NCBI GenBank assembly: GCA_005222975.1
Contig: NJBI01000057.1
Coordinates: 1 to 19,443, forward strand
Source: Promethearchaeota archaeon Loki_b31
GTDB lineage: Archaea; Asgardarchaeota; Lokiarchaeia; Sigyniarchaeales; SOKP01
Direction of reading: 5' to 3'
Length of the DNA stretch: 19,443 bases
Shown here: positions 16,846 to 19,443 of the stretch, one piece after another
Layout: every line of letters starts with the position of its first letter
Numbering within the stretch: the stretch's first letter is position 1
The notes under the pieces: model-generated
What the model was told of the DNA's origin: nothing
Seen by the model: the letters and a program-made list of their open reading frames with translations, nothing else
Database searches by the model: none
Position numbers and translations under genes: made by a program

Positions 16846-17369
16846 TCATGACCAGGGAAAAAATGACCCACACCATTTGTAAGTTCCGCATCCACAATAA
16901 ATAGTAATTTTTCCAGAAGGGTTTTTTCATCATCATTCAAATAACCATAATACCTATGTTGAACTGTTTGTTCCTCATGTTTCCAATACGGAATGATATC
17001 TTCCTTTAAAATTTGCCTATCTTCATCGGACAAGAAAAGTGGTTGGACTGAACGTGAATCGTAAGAGTCACAATCTTGCTCTAAAGTATCCACTCTAATT
17101 TCAGGATATAATGGAGTCCCTACTAATTTTGAACACCGGTTACCTACAATCACTTCATCATCCCAAATTTTAATCGTCATATTTTGCAAGATATGTTTGA
17201 TAGCTTTTGCAAATCGAATTACAGGAAAATCTCTCTTTGTTTTTCTATAAGATTCCGTAATTAATATAGCTCTCTCGATACATATTTCATGAGATTGCCT
17301 AATTACTTTTTGTTTCATGTTTAAAGTGCGTTTTCCCCATTCTGAAATTTGTTGCTGCTCTATTTGAAT
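16821..17369 (-). pseudogene. Truncated glycyl radical enzyme (PFL2/glycerol dehydratase-like), N-terminal ~180 aa only
   Basis: EICIERAILITESY, IRFAKAIKHILQNMTIKIWDDEVIVGN, PLYPE and IIPYWK motifs, followed by GHFFPG. The family is ~800 aa, so the catalytic Cys and Gly loops are missing. The frame is open upstream to ATT 17369. Confidence 0.85.
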
Positions 17370-17579
17370 TTTTTATCCCCAATTTTTTATTTTCTTAAAT
17401 AACATCATTTAGATAAACAATAATATAACTCTTGTGTATTTAAATTATTTTTTTTAATATATAATTATTTTAATTAAGTAAATCGATAATTTGTTTAGAT
17501 ATGAATTTCAATTAATTTTAATAAAAAATCAGTTATTAAATCTAAAATATTAAAACCTATAGTTGCTAATAATTGCCCT

Positions 17580-18599
17580 TTAAATCTGAAAGAATAATAA
17601 TTTCACGATTACGTAAATGCCATAAAAACCAATTAATAACGCTCCTTCCCATCTTTTCAAAGTTTTGTGGGTCCATAGTAGATATAACGTGATTGATAAC
17701 GCTAAAAAGAGAACAGGAAGATCGAAAATCAGAATTACCATTGGAACATTAAAACTAATTATTATTGCTCCTGAACCTGTAGCTAATAAGATATCACATA
17801 TATTGGAGCCTAATATATCACCTATAGCGATTCCATAAGATCCTCTCCTTATAGCCGTTAAATCAGCTACTAGTTCTGGCAAACTTGTACCAAAGCCAAC
17901 GATTAATATTCCTATGACGTTTTCAGGAATGTTAAACTCCCTCGCTAAATCGTGAGCAGAGAGTAATGTGAATTCTGCTGTGACTAATAAAATTAGAAGA
18001 CCAATTAAAGTAAAACTGATATCTTTAAAAAGGGTCGATGGTGTGTGAGGGCTCTCTATTGCGTCAAAACTCGTAGGATCTAGGCGTTCTTTATCAGCAA
18101 AGCGAACTTCCGGTTTAGTTTTTGCCAAATGCTTTTCGCTCCAGATTATTAATATGAGGTATAAGAAATATGAAATTATCATTAATAACGCTTCAAATTG
18201 AGTAATAACTCCATCAAGGGAAAAAATAAGAAAAATCAATAGAGAGATAAAAAGCATAGGACCTTCTCTTCTCAATTCCCACTTACTAACGAAGAGCGGC
18301 TGAGTCACCGCTAAAATTCCAATAATTAAAGTGATTTGAGTTAAAAAAGACCCTACTTTATTTCCAATGACTATTCCATCAATAGTTGGATCTATACCTA
18401 AAAGCTTATCAAAACCGCCCATTACGCTCACGGCAATTTCAGGTAAACTGGTCCCAATCGCTAAAATCGTGAGACCCACCATCATATGGCTAATATGTAA
18501 GCGATCGGCAATATTTTCGAGTCCGATTATTATGAATTTTGATCCTATGGTCAGCCCTATAAAGCCTATTATCAAAAATATAATTGATATTAAAATCAT
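17580..18599 (-). CDS. Calcium/sodium antiporter (CaCA, YrbG-like)
   Basis: Two alpha-repeats, GTSLPE..GNKVGS and GTSLPE..GDILGSN, and ~10 TM helices. Confidence 0.93.
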   Translation of the reverse strand: MILISIIFLIIGFIGLTIGSKFIIIGLENIADRLHISHMMVGLTILAIGTSLPEIAVSVMGGFDKLLGIDPTIDGIVIGNKVGSFLTQITLIIGILAVTQPLFVSKWELRREGPMLFISLLIFLIFSLDGVITQFEALLMIISYFLYLILIIWSEKHLAKTKPEVRFADKERLDPTSFDAIESPHTPSTLFKDISFTLIGLLILLVTAEFTLLSAHDLAREFNIPENVIGILIVGFGTSLPELVADLTAIRRGSYGIAIGDILGSNICDILLATGSGAIIISFNVPMVILIFDLPVLFLALSITLYLLWTHKTLKRWEGALLIGFYGIYVIVKLLFFQI

Positions 18600-18722
18600 C
18601 GCTAGTTTGTAAAAACTACATCATTTAAAAAGTTTTAATATGAGAATAAATAACTTTAAATCCTTCTTAAGACATATTAGTAAGAATAAAAAAAAATTTA
18701 ACTTTGTTTTGAAGGCAATATA

Positions 18723-19280
18723 TTGACATCCTCAAATAAGATTAAATCAAGTGAAGAACTTTTACCTAGACCAGGTTCTCCGCTTTATAATTTAAATCAC
18801 GAAGATGAGAATATTAGGAAAAAAACGCTTAGAAAGTGGAGAATAGTAAATAAATTTTTAGTCCTTCCTTTATACCGACTAATAATTTTCCCACTTATTG
18901 GCTTTGGGAGAATATTTCTCATTCTAACGACAAAAGGAAGAATAACTGGAAAAAAAAGGAGGACGCCATTAGAATACCATTGGATAGAAGGAGTTATAAC
19001 GATCTTCTCTAGTAGAGGAGAAGACGCTGGGTGGATAAAAAATATGCGCGTTTATCCAGACGCTATATCGGTAAGACACGGCTTCCACCGTTTCCAGCCG
19101 CAATTAGAATTTGTAACTGATGAGGTTCAAAAGCTCAATGTTATGAAATGGTACGTGGTAAACCACGGAAGGGCAGCAAAAATGCTTTTCGGTTGGAATC
19201 CGAAAATTGACGATCCTGAAACCACCGATTTCTCAAATATGTTGAATATGATTACAATAATTAGGTTGCATCCGAAATAA
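18723..19280 (+). CDS. Deazaflavin (F420H2)-dependent nitro/quinone reductase family protein (DDN-like)
   Basis: LILTTKGRITGKKRRTPL, SRG..AGWIKN and C-terminal IIRLHP motifs. Confidence 0.82.
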   Translation: MTSSNKIKSSEELLPRPGSPLYNLNHEDENIRKKTLRKWRIVNKFLVLPLYRLIIFPLIGFGRIFLILTTKGRITGKKRRTPLEYHWIEGVITIFSSRGEDAGWIKNMRVYPDAISVRHGFHRFQPQLEFVTDEVQKLNVMKWYVVNHGRAAKMLFGWNPKIDDPETTDFSNMLNMITIIRLHPK

Positions 19281-19317
19281 AAAGAGAACTAAGGTTAAGA
19301 AAAGACTGATTGTTAAT

Positions 19318-19355
19318 TGAGTAAATTTTAATTTTTTTTGATTTTACTCATTTTT
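19318..19355 (+). terminator. Hairpin plus T-tract, candidate terminator
   Basis: TGAGTAAA (19318-25) / TTTACTCA (19343-50) inverted repeat encloses T8 and is followed by T5, downstream of the 18723-19280 gene. Confidence 0.45.
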
Positions 19356-19443
19356 AATTTTCTTAAAGAATTCACTCGTTTTATACCTTTTCTATACAGA
19401 TTTAAATTTCGTCGCTTCTATAATCCAATTTTCTTAAAGATTT

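Noticed and set aside
251-18612. Short shadow ORFs in the track (251-439, 2039-2236, 3390-3650, 3806-4000, 11049-11327, 11746-11928, 15093-15356, 18367-18612)
   Set aside because: All are antisense to well-supported genes and have no recognisable motifs.
19356-19440. 14-bp repeat AATTTTCTTAAAGA at 71-nt spacing as a CRISPR start
   Set aside because: Only two copies, short and AT-rich, with no cas genes. The second copy may lie in the end of a minus-strand ORF cut by the window edge.

Overview
AT-rich window (roughly 30% GC by eye) that most likely comes from an Asgard archaeon (Lokiarchaeia-like). Supporting genes are a gelsolin + 'domain X' actin regulator and a membrane protein with a cytoplasmic longin-like domain. 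Most of the window is ordinary accessory metabolism: two sulfatases, a nitroreductase, NnrE, an Fe-S protein, a cupin, a flavin reductase, three methyltransferases, a Ca2+/Na+ antiporter and an F420-dependent reductase. It also holds a tnpA-less IS200/IS605 tnpB element and a truncated glycyl-radical-enzyme gene. The main discovery lies in the apparent gap at 15329-16089, which the ORF track leaves empty. An unannotated 69-codon gene (15537-15746, +) has four in-frame TGA codons, three of them at positions that are Cys in the GDCCVxC metal-binding family. It is followed 20 nt after its TAA by a eukaryote-type SECIS hairpin (AUGA / 10-bp stem / AAAA loop / GA). Together these indicate a four-selenocysteine mini-selenoprotein decoded through a 3'UTR SECIS. 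All family assignments come from motif recognition by eye; no searches were run.
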